A stretch of DNA of 52,510 nucleotides from the NCBI GenBank assembly GCA_016196125.1, contig JACPYG010000006.1, forward strand, positions 1 to 52,510, written 5' to 3'. The stretch comes from Candidatus Staskawiczbacteria bacterium. GTDB lineage: Bacteria; Patescibacteriota; Minisyncoccia; Minisyncoccales; Staskawiczbacteraceae. Shown here piece after piece: positions 38,002 to 48,471 of the stretch. Both the position numbers and the translations under genes were made by a program. Numbering within the stretch: the first letter of the stretch is position 1; the number at the start of each line of letters is the position of its first letter. The notes beneath the pieces were generated by a model that saw only the letters and a list, made by a program, of their open reading frames with translations, made no database searches and had not been told where the DNA came from.

Positions 38002-39693
38002 CTAATTAAGAATTTGGTTTATTTTAATTCTTGTGGAGAAACCAACGAAACCGGTGCCTTTTTTCAACCCCAAAGGAGTCAAGACTTCAGAGGCATACTT
38101 TTCTTGAAAACGTATCACGGCCAATCTGGTTAAATTACCAAAATTACCAGTTACAAAACCTTCAGGATAAATGCCCTGCCCCTGTGATTTTAAAAATTCC
38201 TGCAGGCATCTTACTTCATTATTGTTCGCCATGCCAAAATAAAGATTATTATTTAATTTTTGGCATATGCCATTATTTTGGCCGTCCCCTTGGTTTTGAG
38301 CTAAAATTTTGGCAATTTCTTTTTTTAAGTAATCAATCTGATCTAAAAATTTCTGGATGGTTGCCTGCTCGTCTGGCGATATTATTCCTGTAATTAAAAC
38401 GGTAAACGTAAAAGGATAAGTGAATTCCAATCCGTCGAATCCAGAAATTTTTGTTTGTAAAGACGGAATAATAATCAAAGATTTTTGGTCGCTTCCAAAA
38501 TTTTTAATATTAATTTCACCTTTTTCGTCTTCGTTAAGTTTTAAAAATTCCAAATAATAGTTATTCTCCTTATCATAAACTATATATGGAACAGTAAAAT
38601 CAAGGCCTGTTAAACTTGAAAAATTCAATTTTAAGTCGCCATTGCCTCCAATAATCTTTTGCCAATTTCCAGACCAATTTTTTGTGACATTTGTTACGGA
38701 TAAAGAACTGTCACCGGTCAAAGGTAAAAAATTAAGAGTTGGATTTAATCTGAAATTTTTGAGGTTTTTGTTTAAATAACAGTATTTTGAATCTAATAAA
38801 CAGTCGTTAATTGTTATTGCTATGGTCCAATTTGTAAAAATTTGAGAAAAGTCTTCTTTATAACTATTTTTTTGCAAAGCATAGTTTATGCTTTCAATGC
38901 CGGTTAATTCTGATTTTAAGGAATCAATCAAAATATTTATGCCGTAATGGTCTGTTAAATAATATATAAATAGGATTGCGACCCCATAGTCGTATTTTGA
39001 TTCCTGCCACTCGGTTAAAGAATCTGACGGTTTCTCTAAAAATGCCTGTACTCTTCTTTGTAAATTACTTCCCTGATATTGGTCATCATAACCCAAAATA
39101 TTTGCAGAATAATCTGCCCTTGCTTCATTGAGCCATATTTCTTCTTTTGCATCAAATATCCTGTTTTTTTGATTAAAAGTAATTAAATGGACAAATTCAT
39201 GGGCTAAAAAAATTTTAAGCTGGGGATTGTCAATTTGCGAAATGGGCAGATAAAGCATTTCTCTTTCATTTGAATCTGGCAACTGAAGTTTTAAGTATTC
39301 GTCCGATTCCCTAAAATATCCGCCTGCTCCTTCTCGAAGGGATTGAAATAAAATTGTTATTCTTCCATCACCATCAACTCCGGGATTCCATTCAGAGCCG
39401 AAAACAGAAGTTAAATTCGGATAAATCTTATTTTCAAATTCTTGCGACAATATATCCAAATTATTCAAAACTTCGGTTTGTTTTGCCTGTGCTTGCAAAT
39501 CCCACCAATTTTTTTCTATATAAAAATAAAGCTTTGGAGTAGTTTTAATTAACACAGCTGTTGTTTGAGGCCTGTCTAAAGCATCGAAATCTTTATCTAT
39601 ATTAAAGTTTACCGTATCGCCAAAGCTAACGGCAATAGCCCCTTGAGCCGCAAATAAAACACAAAAAGCAATAATTATAAAAATTCTTCTCAT
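38002..39693 (-). CDS. Secreted zinc metallopeptidase (M30/M6-like) with C-terminal peptidoglycan-binding domain
   Basis: Signal peptide, AHEFVH..WLNE, LQEFL..TG.FG..TR.AVIRFQ. Confidence 0.75.
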   Translation of the reverse strand: MRRIFIIIAFCVLFAAQGAIAVSFGDTVNFNIDKDFDALDRPQTTAVLIKTTPKLYFYIEKNWWDLQAQAKQTEVLNNLDILSQEFENKIYPNLTSVFGSEWNPGVDGDGRITILFQSLREGAGGYFRESDEYLKLQLPDSNEREMLYLPISQIDNPQLKIFLAHEFVHLITFNQKNRIFDAKEEIWLNEARADYSANILGYDDQYQGSNLQRRVQAFLEKPSDSLTEWQESKYDYGVAILFIYYLTDHYGINILIDSLKSELTGIESINYALQKNSYKEDFSQIFTNWTIAITINDCLLDSKYCYLNKNLKNFRLNPTLNFLPLTGDSSLSVTNVTKNWSGNWQKIIGGNGDLKLNFSSLTGLDFTVPYIVYDKENNYYLEFLKLNEDEKGEINIKNFGSDQKSLIIIPSLQTKISGFDGLEFTYPFTFTVLITGIISPDEQATIQKFLDQIDYLKKEIAKILAQNQGDGQNNGICQKLNNNLYFGMANNNEVRCLQEFLKSQGQGIYPEGFVTGNFGNLTRLAVIRFQEKYASEVLTPLGLKKGTGFVGFSTRIKINQILN

Positions 39694-39736
39694 TTTCTGA
39701 TTCTAACACAAAAATATAACATAAAAAAATACTATC

Positions 39737-41593
39737 TTATTTTTGGCTATAATGCAAAATAATGTCCTTTAAATCCTTTGTTATTTTCGTTTTATCTTGA
39801 TTATTTATTAAATTTTTAATATTTTCTAATTTTCTTTTTAAATTTTCCGGCTCTATTGCAGAAAGCTTAGCCACAAAAATTTTTTGGTTTTGTGTGGCGA
39901 TAGTTCCTTCTTCTGCTGTTAAAATTTCTTCAAATAATTTTTCCCCTTGTCTCATTCCGGTAAAAACTATGGCTATATCTTTATCTGGTTCGAATCCGGA
40001 TAATTTTATCATTTCTTTCGCCAAATCCCATATTTTAATCGGTTTTCCCATATCGAGCACAAACACTTCTCCTCCCTGGCCCATAGCGCCTGATTGCATA
40101 ACCAATAAACAGGCTTCGGAGGTTAACATAAAATATCTTTTCATATCACGATGAGTGACTTGCACCGGTCCGCCTCTTTTAATTTGCTCGCGAAATATAG
40201 GAATCACACTTCCCCTGCTGTTTAAAACATTGCCAAATCTTACGGAAATAAATTTTGTCTGGTTTTTTTGATTATATGACTGACAAATCATTTCACTCAC
40301 CCTTTTAGTGGTTCCCATGACAGAAGTTGGATTGACTGCTTTGTCTGTGGAAATAAAAATAAATTTTTCCACACCATTATTTAAGCTGATATTTGCCAAA
40401 TTCTCTGTGCCAAAAATATTATTTTTTACGGCTTCATCCGGGTTTTCTTCCATCAAGGTAACGTGTTTGTAAGCAGCTGCATGAAAAACAATTTTTGGCT
40501 GGAACTTTCTGAATATTTCGTTTATTTTTTCTTTATCCCTGATGTCTGCAATTATCGGCTGAATTTTTAAATTAGAAAAATCATCTTCCAATTCTTTTGA
40601 AATATTAAAGATTCCTGTTTCATCTTGGTCTAACAATAAAAGCAAGCTTGGATTAAATTTTGCCGTCTGTCTTGATAATTCAGAACCTATGGAACCGGCG
40701 GCTCCAGTAACTAAAATAATTTTATCTTTGATAAAATTTTTAATTTGTTTTGTGTCTAAATTAACCTCTTCTCTGCCCAGTAAATCTTCTACATCAATGT
40801 CCTTAAGATTTTTAAAAGAAACTTTACCGCTTATAACTTCACTTAATGCGGGCGCAATTTTAATTTTTTTAAGACCGGCTTTTCCTCCAAGTTCAACCAC
40901 TTTTTTAATTGTTGACTTTCCGGCTGAAGGAAGCGCCACTATCAACTCTTTCACTTCATAGCTTTTTATAATTTCAGGAATATCTGTAATTTTTCCCAAA
41001 ACTTTATATCCATGAATACTCACCCCCTGCTTGATGGAACTATCATCAATTAGGCCAATGGGATAATATGGACTGACTTTGGAAGAAATGATACTTCTTA
41101 AAATCTGTTCTCCTGCGTCACCTGCTCCGATAATCAAAGTTTTTTCTTTTTTTGATATGCGAGTAGAACCGACAACGTGCAAATAAACCCTTTTGGAGAT
41201 GCGAATCCCTCCGCAAAAAATAAACACCAATAAATAACTTATAAAAAGAATAGACCTTGGAAAATTTTTAAAAGAAGGGAAATATTTTGATATAAAAATA
41301 GTAATGCCTAAAAATAAAAAAGAGATTGTAGTCGCCTTTAATAAAGATATTGCCTCGCTGGTTGAGACATAAGACCAAGAGAAAGAATAAAGGCCCTGGA
41401 AATAAAATATGGGAATTGTGAAAATAATGGCCAAAATAATTATTCTTGAAATAAAAGGGAAATACTGCAATGGAATCTGGCCGTCAAATCTTATCAAAAA
41501 AGCAGACAAAACAGAAATGGCTATTAAAAGAATATCTGCCGAAACAAAAAATATCGTTTTGTTTATAGCCGTTTTATTAAATAAATTAAACAT
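39737..41593 (-). CDS. UDP-GlcNAc 4,6-dehydratase (PglF/CapD/WbpM family)
   Basis: 4 TM, TGAAGSIGSE, HAAAYKHV, STDKAV. Confidence 0.92.
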   Translation of the reverse strand: MFNLFNKTAINKTIFFVSADILLIAISVLSAFLIRFDGQIPLQYFPFISRIIILAIIFTIPIFYFQGLYSFSWSYVSTSEAISLLKATTISFLFLGITIFISKYFPSFKNFPRSILFISYLLVFIFCGGIRISKRVYLHVVGSTRISKKEKTLIIGAGDAGEQILRSIISSKVSPYYPIGLIDDSSIKQGVSIHGYKVLGKITDIPEIIKSYEVKELIVALPSAGKSTIKKVVELGGKAGLKKIKIAPALSEVISGKVSFKNLKDIDVEDLLGREEVNLDTKQIKNFIKDKIILVTGAAGSIGSELSRQTAKFNPSLLLLLDQDETGIFNISKELEDDFSNLKIQPIIADIRDKEKINEIFRKFQPKIVFHAAAYKHVTLMEENPDEAVKNNIFGTENLANISLNNGVEKFIFISTDKAVNPTSVMGTTKRVSEMICQSYNQKNQTKFISVRFGNVLNSRGSVIPIFREQIKRGGPVQVTHRDMKRYFMLTSEACLLVMQSGAMGQGGEVFVLDMGKPIKIWDLAKEMIKLSGFEPDKDIAIVFTGMRQGEKLFEEILTAEEGTIATQNQKIFVAKLSAIEPENLKRKLENIKNLINNQDKTKITKDLKDIILHYSQK

Positions 41594-42728
41594 TTGATAT
41601 TACTTCCTGATTGCGCAGGCAGGCTTTTAAATTCTTCACTACAAAATCTATATCTTTTTCCATTAAATTATTATAAAAAGGCAGAGCTAATGTTCTTTTG
41701 CTTATATTTTCCGCAATGGGAAAATCGCCTTCTTTATAAAAAAACATTTCTCTATAAAAAGGCTGTAAATGTATTGTTTGAAAATAATTACTGCAATGTA
41801 TCCCTCTGTCTGCCATTTTTTTTATAATCTTATTTCTTTTTTCACCGGCAAAATTTTCAGACAATTTTACCACATAAACAAACCAGCTGATTTTGTTTTC
41901 CTTGCTGATATAAGGCAACTCTACGCCCTTGATGCTTTCTAATTTTTTATTATACAATAGAGCGACTTTCTCCCTCTTTTTTAAAATCTCTTTTATCCTC
42001 TTCATTTGAGATATGCCCAAAGCGCAGCTCATTTCATCTAATCTGTAATTATATCCCAATCTTATGTGTTCTAACCATTTTCCTGATTTTAAATCTCTGC
42101 CCTGATTAGCCATGCTCTTGCATAAGGCAGCTATTTTTTGATTATTAGTTAATATCACGCCACCCTCTCCTGTTGTAATTTGTTTGTTTGGATAAAAAGC
42201 AAAAACACCGGCATCTCCAAAACTGCCGCACTTTTTCCCTTTATAAGCGGACCCCAAAGCTTCGGCAGAATCTTCAATCAAAAAAAGGTTATGTTTTTTC
42301 GCTATTTTTTGCAATTCCTCCCAATCAGCTGGCTGAGAAAAAATATCTACCGCCAAAATAGCTTTGGTTTTATTTGTAATTTTTTCTTCGATTTTAGAAA
42401 CGTCGATATTAAAGGTATCGCTTTTAATATCAACAAAAACCGGTTTTGCCCCTTGGAATAAAATGCAATTTGCGGAAGAAATAAAAGAAAATGGGGTTGT
42501 AATAACTTCATCTCCTTTGCCAATGCCTAACGCTCTTATGATAAGATGCAAACCGCTTGTTCCGCTATTTACCGCCACCGCATAATTTACTCCCGTAAAA
42601 TCAGCTATCTTTTTTTCAAATTCTAAATATTTTTTACCCAAAGACAAGTCATTAGTTTTTAATACTTCTAAAACAGCTTTTCTGTCTGAATCGGCTATAT
42701 CCGGTTTTGAAAGGGTAATTTTATACAT
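41586..42728 (-). CDS. DegT/DnrJ/EryC1/StrS aminotransferase
   Basis: EDSAEA, FYPNKQITTGEGG (PLP Lys). Confidence 0.92.
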   Translation of the reverse strand: MYKITLSKPDIADSDRKAVLEVLKTNDLSLGKKYLEFEKKIADFTGVNYAVAVNSGTSGLHLIIRALGIGKGDEVITTPFSFISSANCILFQGAKPVFVDIKSDTFNIDVSKIEEKITNKTKAILAVDIFSQPADWEELQKIAKKHNLFLIEDSAEALGSAYKGKKCGSFGDAGVFAFYPNKQITTGEGGVILTNNQKIAALCKSMANQGRDLKSGKWLEHIRLGYNYRLDEMSCALGISQMKRIKEILKKREKVALLYNKKLESIKGVELPYISKENKISWFVYVVKLSENFAGEKRNKIIKKMADRGIHCSNYFQTIHLQPFYREMFFYKEGDFPIAENISKRTLALPFYNNLMEKDIDFVVKNLKACLRNQEVISNV

Positions 42729-43128
42729 TATCTATTTTTTTAATAACTTTGGCTGGCACTCCATAAGCTAAAACATTGTCTGGTATGTCTTTTGTCACAA
42801 AACTCAAGGCCCCAACAATAGAGTTTTCTCCAATTGTTACTCCGGGCATAATAACAGAATTAGCCCCAATTTTACAATTCTTTTTTAAAACTATTTTTCC
42901 TTTTTTATTGTCTATGGTGGAAATAGAATAAATTTTCACTCCTCCTCCTATCTGAACATTATTTTCTATCACCACGCCAGCTGTGGCATTTATATAGCAA
43001 AAGGCGCCTATATCGGTATCTTTACCGAGTTCCAAACTTTCAACACCCCGCACCAACCAATTCCATTTGGTCGGCTTGCCGTCTTTTATCAACGGTTTTT
43101 TCCATTTTTTAAATCTTATTTCTTTCAT
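42721..43128 (-). CDS. Hexapeptide-repeat acyltransferase
   Basis: IGANSVIMPGVTIG..GVPAK; start probably MKEIR. Confidence 0.85.
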   Translation of the reverse strand: MKEIRFKKWKKPLIKDGKPTKWNWLVRGVESLELGKDTDIGAFCYINATAGVVIENNVQIGGGVKIYSISTIDNKKGKIVLKKNCKIGANSVIMPGVTIGENSIVGALSFVTKDIPDNVLAYGVPAKVIKKIDNV

Positions 43129-43150
43129 AATTTTTTCGCCGGCTGGCGGA

Positions 43151-43759
43151 TTATTTAAAGGGGTCATTCATGCCGCTTTTTCCGTAAACTCCCTCTTGTT
43201 TAATAAAAATTAAATAAAAAGTTTTAAATATAATCTTGGCATCCAGCCATAAAGACCAATGCTCAACATACCAAATGTCATATTCTATTCTTTCTTTCCA
43301 GCTTAAAGAATTTCTTCCGTGGATAAGGGCCCAACCGGCTAAACCAGGCAAAACCAAAAGTCTTTTTTTTTCAAAATCATTATAGCTCTCAACCTGATAC
43401 CGTAAAGTCGGGCGTGGCCCAACCAGACTCATTTCTCCTTTTAAAACATTTATCAATTGCGGGAATTCATCAATTCCCCATTTTCTTAAAAACATTCCTA
43501 ATTTTGTTATTCTTTCATCATTATCGGCAACAGTATATCCTAAACCTTTATTTATCGCCCCTTGAACCATTGTTCTGAATTTAAATGGATAAAATGGTTT
43601 TCCATTTTTTCCAATTCTTTCATACTTAAAAAAAACAGGGCCCCGAGAATCTGCTTTAATCAATATGGCAATTATTAAAAAAAACGGTAAAAGTAAAATT
43701 AAAGCTATGAATGCAAATAAAAAATCACAGATTCTTTTAAATATAAGCATTATTTTCAT
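43151..43759 (-). CDS. Phosphoglycosyl transferase (PglC-like)
   Basis: KR..D, KFRTM, DEFPQL.NV.KGEMSLVGPRP. Confidence 0.92.
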   Translation of the reverse strand: MKIMLIFKRICDFLFAFIALILLLPFFLIIAILIKADSRGPVFFKYERIGKNGKPFYPFKFRTMVQGAINKGLGYTVADNDERITKLGMFLRKWGIDEFPQLINVLKGEMSLVGPRPTLRYQVESYNDFEKKRLLVLPGLAGWALIHGRNSLSWKERIEYDIWYVEHWSLWLDAKIIFKTFYLIFIKQEGVYGKSGMNDPFK

Positions 43760-44985
43760 TTTATTCTCCTCTTAATAAGTTCTTTCAGCTCCTTTTCCAT
43801 TCTACCAAAAAATAATCTTTCATCAAATTCTTTTTCAGCCTTTTTTCTGCCCGACTCGCCCATTAGTTTTGCTTTATCTGGATTTAAAATAAGATAAATA
43901 ATAGCTTCTGCCAATTTTTTATAATTTTTGGGCGGCACCAAAAGACCGGTAATATTCGGCTCCACTGCTCCCCGGCATCCTCTAATATCTGTGGCTATTA
44001 CAGGCCTTGCCATCGCCATAGCCTCCATAATGCTATGGGAAAAACCCTCTCTATAAGAAGGCAAGACAAAAATATCCATTAAAGAATAAATCTCATCGAC
44101 ATCTGTTCTTTCTCCTAAAAATAAAATATTTTTTTCTATGCCGAAATTTCTAACTATATTAAGATTAATATTATCTTTTTTGGATGGATCGGCCGAACCA
44201 ACTGCCAAAAGCAAAGAATCAGGGAATTTTATAACAACACTTTCAAATGCTCCAAAAAGTTCTATATATCCTTTTTCCGACACTAATCTTGCCACTATTC
44301 CAATAATCGTTTTTTTTGGATCAATCCCCATCTTTTCTTTCTTTTCTTTAATAAAATCCGAAGTAAACCTTTTGGGATTAAAATGCAAAATATCAATTCC
44401 ATCTCCTATGTGCTCTGCCATACTGTTTCTGATAATTTTCTCTTTCTTTGCCGTCTCGAAATCTTCTTTGTTCCTAAAAAATACGAAGTCAGAGCATTTA
44501 GCCGCAATTTTTTCAATAAAAATAAAAAATCTTCTTTTAAAATAAGGCGTCCCTTCGTGAAAATAAAAACCGAAAATAGTATTTAAAATAATAGGCGCCC
44601 CGGCCGCTTTGGCTGCCAGTTGGCCCAATAATCCCGGTTTTGGAGTAAAGGTGAATACAGCACCAAAATTTTCTTTCTTAAAATAAAAAAATAATCTAAA
44701 AAGAGAAATTAAATCTGAAAACGGGCTGAATGCTTTTCTTTTTATTTTTATAGTTTTTACTTTAACCCCCTCTTTTTTAATGCTTTCAACCCATTTTCCG
44801 GGAGAACAAACAGCATAAACATCATATCCTTGCATTATTAAAAATTTAAGATTTGAAAGCAATAAAAATTTTAAGGTAATATCAACACTTGCCACAAAGC
44901 AAATTTTAATTTTTTCCTGCCTGCCGGCAGGCAGGCCTGATCTGTCGGCAGACAGGGATTTACCTTGTATCAATGCTTTATTCAT
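43756..44985 (-). CDS. GT4 glycosyltransferase (PglA/CapM-like)
   Basis: PSYREG....MEAMA; start MNKAL. Confidence 0.88.
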   Translation of the reverse strand: MNKALIQGKSLSADRSGLPAGRQEKIKICFVASVDITLKFLLLSNLKFLIMQGYDVYAVCSPGKWVESIKKEGVKVKTIKIKRKAFSPFSDLISLFRLFFYFKKENFGAVFTFTPKPGLLGQLAAKAAGAPIILNTIFGFYFHEGTPYFKRRFFIFIEKIAAKCSDFVFFRNKEDFETAKKEKIIRNSMAEHIGDGIDILHFNPKRFTSDFIKEKKEKMGIDPKKTIIGIVARLVSEKGYIELFGAFESVVIKFPDSLLLAVGSADPSKKDNINLNIVRNFGIEKNILFLGERTDVDEIYSLMDIFVLPSYREGFSHSIMEAMAMARPVIATDIRGCRGAVEPNITGLLVPPKNYKKLAEAIIYLILNPDKAKLMGESGRKKAEKEFDERLFFGRMEKELKELIKRRIK

Positions 44986-45901
44986 GTTTTTGAAACCATT
45001 CAATTGTTTTATCCAAACCTTCTTTAATGCCAACCTTGGGTTGCCAGCCAAAATCTTTTTTAATTTTTTTAATGCCCAATAAGCTTCTTTTAGTTTCTTG
45101 TTCTTTTAAATTTTTGTGTATTGGAACTATTTTAGTATTTAAAAAATTTTTTGTTATTCTAAAAATTTCATTAATTCTTATTTCTTTGCCGCTGCCAACG
45201 TTATAGATTCCCCTTTTTTCTATTTCTGCGGCTAAAATAAGAGCATTAACCGCATCGTCAATATATATAAAATCTCTTGTTTGTATTCCATCTCCATAAA
45301 TAATCGGTTTTTCTTTTTTTAGAATTTTTATAATTATTGATGGAATAATCCCGCTTTTCCACTGCCTTGGCCCATAGACATTGCTCAAGCGCAAAATAAT
45401 AAAATTTAAATTATTTTCCTTATGGTATAGTTCTATATACCTTTCTATCATTAAATTTGCCAAGCCGTACAAAGACACAGGGTGAACTGAATAATCCTCG
45501 GCTGTGGGGACTATTTTGGCATTTTCGTAGATTGCTCCGCCGCTGGAGATAAAAATTATTTTTTTAACATTATTTTCTAAGCAAGCATCTAAAATTATCT
45601 TAGTTCTGGCTAAAATATTTAAATCTTTTGCGAAAAGAGAGTCTGTAATTTGACGCCTTAAATTTATAGCTCCGGCAAGATGATAAACAAAATCAGGCTT
45701 TTCTTTCTTAAAAATATCTTTAACTCTGTTAAGATTATCAATATCTGTTTTATAAACTTTAATCTTGGAATTAATTTTTCCGAAATTAATACTGGTGGAA
45801 AAATCATCTATAATAACCACGCTATGCCCCAATTTTAAAAGTGTTTCTGAAAGATGAAATCCAATGAAACCTCCCCCGCCTATGATTAAAAATTTTTTCA
45901 T
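44978..45901 (-). CDS. NAD-dependent epimerase/dehydratase (GalE-like)
   Basis: GGGGFIG, SSGGAIY, NVYGP; YxxxK reads YGLAN. Confidence 0.85.
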   Translation of the reverse strand: MKKFLIIGGGGFIGFHLSETLLKLGHSVVIIDDFSTSINFGKINSKIKVYKTDIDNLNRVKDIFKKEKPDFVYHLAGAINLRRQITDSLFAKDLNILARTKIILDACLENNVKKIIFISSGGAIYENAKIVPTAEDYSVHPVSLYGLANLMIERYIELYHKENNLNFIILRLSNVYGPRQWKSGIIPSIIIKILKKEKPIIYGDGIQTRDFIYIDDAVNALILAAEIEKRGIYNVGSGKEIRINEIFRITKNFLNTKIVPIHKNLKEQETKRSLLGIKKIKKDFGWQPKVGIKEGLDKTIEWFQKHE

Positions 45902-47228
45902 GTATTTTTTTATAATAATTTTCTATATCATCATTAAAACTTATAAACATTATTGAAAGAAGACAAATAAAAACCGGGATACGAATTCTCGCAATAATTC
46001 CATAATTATTTATAAAAAGAGAAAGAGCTCCGAGTGCCAAAACACTAAAAATTAACAAGGGAAGACTAAACCGATAAAACTTAAAAAACTCTAAAATACC
46101 TCTTTTTTTAATAAACCTAATAAAACCATAAAAAGAAATAATTATTAAAAGGTACCATGGGATAGTTTCCGCCAAACTCACAATTTGTCTTTGATACCTA
46201 AATTGCCATGGAAATGGTCCTGATAAACTATAAAAAAAAGATTGTAAAGAATTTTTAGAAAATTGAAGGATTCCTTCATCAAGTCCAGTTTCTAATTCAA
46301 AATTTGATCCTCCTCCATTAAGGTCTTGAATAGCAGGTTCTTGTTTAGACAAGGTTGGTTGAGGAATAGTTGGTTGAGGAATAGTTGGTTGAGGAATAGT
46401 TGGTTGAGGAATAGTTGGTTGAGGAATAGTTGGTTCAATAGTGACTGCTTGAGGAGTGACTGGCGGATTATTATACAAAACCTCCCTATAATATGTTATT
46501 TTTTCTGGATTAAGAAGATCTTTAAAGCTATCGGATGCATAATACCCATTACCTGCAATTTGAGGAGAAAATCCTAAAAGAAAAATAATTGTTAGCCAAT
46601 ATGTTATTTTCTCATTAAGGTTAAATTCAGATAAAAGAGGCCAAGACATAATAAAAGCAAACATTAACGCATAACCAATATAAAAACGCAAATTAATTAA
46701 GCAGGTTAAAACAGCGAAAAATAATAAGAATTTAAGCCATGAAAAATTCTTTATCATTTTCAAAATTAGTAAAATACCTGCCAAAGCAAATGGTATAACT
46801 AGAGTGTCTTTTAGCAAAACACTGCCAAAATACAAATAACTTGGATAAAAACTAACAATAATACCAGCCAAAAAAGCTATTTTTTTTGCGCCTCCTATTT
46901 CTAATACTATTAGATAAGTCAATAAAATAGAAATTGCGGCAAGTAAAACAGTAAACAGTTGACCAATAATCATATTAGGCAATGTAAGCATATATAAAAT
47001 CCCGATTAAAATAGGGAAAAAGTGCTCTGTGTACAATCCAGACAATGAAAAGTTTCCTGCTTTGAACCTTATAGATATTTCTTTGGCTACAGCATGATAA
47101 AGATCGTAATCAGCGCCGCCCCCAAATGGCTTGAAATTAAAATAATAAATAAATAAAACAGCGCCAAGATGAACTAATAACCCTATTAAAAAAATTGCCC
47201 ACATTGTTTTATCTTTTAAAATACTCAT
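45822..47228 (-). CDS. Polytopic membrane protein (Wzy or GT-C-like)
   Basis: Many TMs, D..LY loop, LLKD, RIR motif. Confidence 0.65.
   Translation of the reverse strand: MSILKDKTMWAIFLIGLLVHLGAVLFIYYFNFKPFGGGADYDLYHAVAKEISIRFKAGNFSLSGLYTEHFFPILIGILYMLTLPNMIIGQLFTVLLAAISILLTYLIVLEIGGAKKIAFLAGIIVSFYPSYLYFGSVLLKDTLVIPFALAGILLILKMIKNFSWLKFLLFFAVLTCLINLRFYIGYALMFAFIMSWPLLSEFNLNEKITYWLTIIFLLGFSPQIAGNGYYASDSFKDLLNPEKITYYREVLYNNPPVTPQAVTIEPTIPQPTIPQPTIPQPTIPQPTIPQPTLSKQEPAIQDLNGGGSNFELETGLDEGILQFSKNSLQSFFYSLSGPFPWQFRYQRQIVSLAETIPWYLLIIISFYGFIRFIKKRGILEFFKFYRFSLPLLIFSVLALGALSLFINNYGIIARIRIPVFICLLSIMFISFNDDIENYYKKIHEKIFNHRRGRFHWISSFRNTFKIGA
46354..46435. repeat. 15-bp perfect tandem repeat, ~5.5 copies (PTIPQ)n
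   Basis: GTTGGTTGAGGAATA repeated. Confidence 0.95.
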
Positions 47229-47233
47229 AATTT

Positions 47234-48376
47234 TTAATTCATTAGCATTTGAAAAGTTTTTTCGTATTCATTTACGCTTCTTTTGATAGAAAAAAACTCG
47301 GCTCTTTTTTGGCCTTCCATTGAAAACTTTTTTGCTAAATTTTGATCATTGAGAATTTTTAAAATTGCATCTGCTAACTTTTGGGGGTCATCAACTGAAA
47401 CCAAAATTCCGTTTTTGCCATTTTCAATTATTTCGCCTGGACCAGTGGGACAATTAGTAGAAACAACCGGAGCGCCGCACGCCATTGCTTCAACGATGAC
47501 ATTTCCAAATCCTTCTTGCAAAGAAGATAAAACAAATACCGAAGCTCTCTTCATGAATTTATATGGATTTTTCTGAAAGCCTAAAAAAGCAATATTTTTA
47601 GATAAATCCATCTTTTGAGCAATATCTACCAGTTTTTTCATCTTTGGACCTGCCCCCAAAATAACCAAATGGGCAGGATGACTTTTTAACACTAAATTAA
47701 AGGCTTCAAAAAGATGTGGGTAGTTTTTACATTTTACCAAACGTCCTACTGCAATAATAATCGGAATTTTTAAATCAGAAAACCATGGATGACTAATTGG
47801 TTCTTTTGCCAATTGATATATGTTGTCCGTAACCACAGGATTGTATATTATCTCAATTTTTAAAGATCGGTTTACGGTTTTTAATATATCATCCGCAATT
47901 CCTTTTGAAACACAGATAATCGCATCAGCTTTTTGATACACATAATTGCATATGCTTGGCATAAAAAAACGGGCAAACATTCCTCTCCAAAATGTTTTAG
48001 CGATAATCGGCAATAAAGAAAATACCGAATGCTCGGTAATGATAATTTTTGTTTTTGACCTTGAAAAAATCTTTGCAACAATGCAAATAACGTTAACTCG
48101 CGGGAAGGCCGAAATAAAAATATCCGGTTGGTTTTTTTTAAAATAAGCTATTAATTTAAAAAATGTGGCAATACTGCGCCGAGTATGCAAACTAATAATA
48201 GGAATATCGTTGTTAATATCTTTTACAAAATCTCCTTCGGCCATGCCTAATACAAGCGATACCGCATATTTTTCTCTATCAATCTTATTGACTAGGTTTA
48301 CCACATTTCTCTCTGTTCCTCCTGACTCTAAAGAGGGAAGGAAAAAAGCTATGGTAATTTTTTCGGATTTTGGCAT
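47234..48376 (-). CDS. GT4 glycosyltransferase
   Basis: GGTER, EGFGNVIVEAMACG. Confidence 0.9.
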   Translation of the reverse strand: MPKSEKITIAFFLPSLESGGTERNVVNLVNKIDREKYAVSLVLGMAEGDFVKDINNDIPIISLHTRRSIATFFKLIAYFKKNQPDIFISAFPRVNVICIVAKIFSRSKTKIIITEHSVFSLLPIIAKTFWRGMFARFFMPSICNYVYQKADAIICVSKGIADDILKTVNRSLKIEIIYNPVVTDNIYQLAKEPISHPWFSDLKIPIIIAVGRLVKCKNYPHLFEAFNLVLKSHPAHLVILGAGPKMKKLVDIAQKMDLSKNIAFLGFQKNPYKFMKRASVFVLSSLQEGFGNVIVEAMACGAPVVSTNCPTGPGEIIENGKNGILVSVDDPQKLADAILKILNDQNLAKKFSMEGQKRAEFFSIKRSVNEYEKTFQMLMN

Positions 48377-48471
48377 AAAAACCTTGTAATTAAGATGAAT
48401 TTATTATACTATTATCCTATAATTTACATAAAAAATCAAGTTTCTTTTTTTAAAAAATAAACGGCGATAGT

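Noticed and set aside
46354-46435. Repeat as a CRISPR array
   Set aside because: No spacers; it is a coding tandem repeat, and no cas genes are present.
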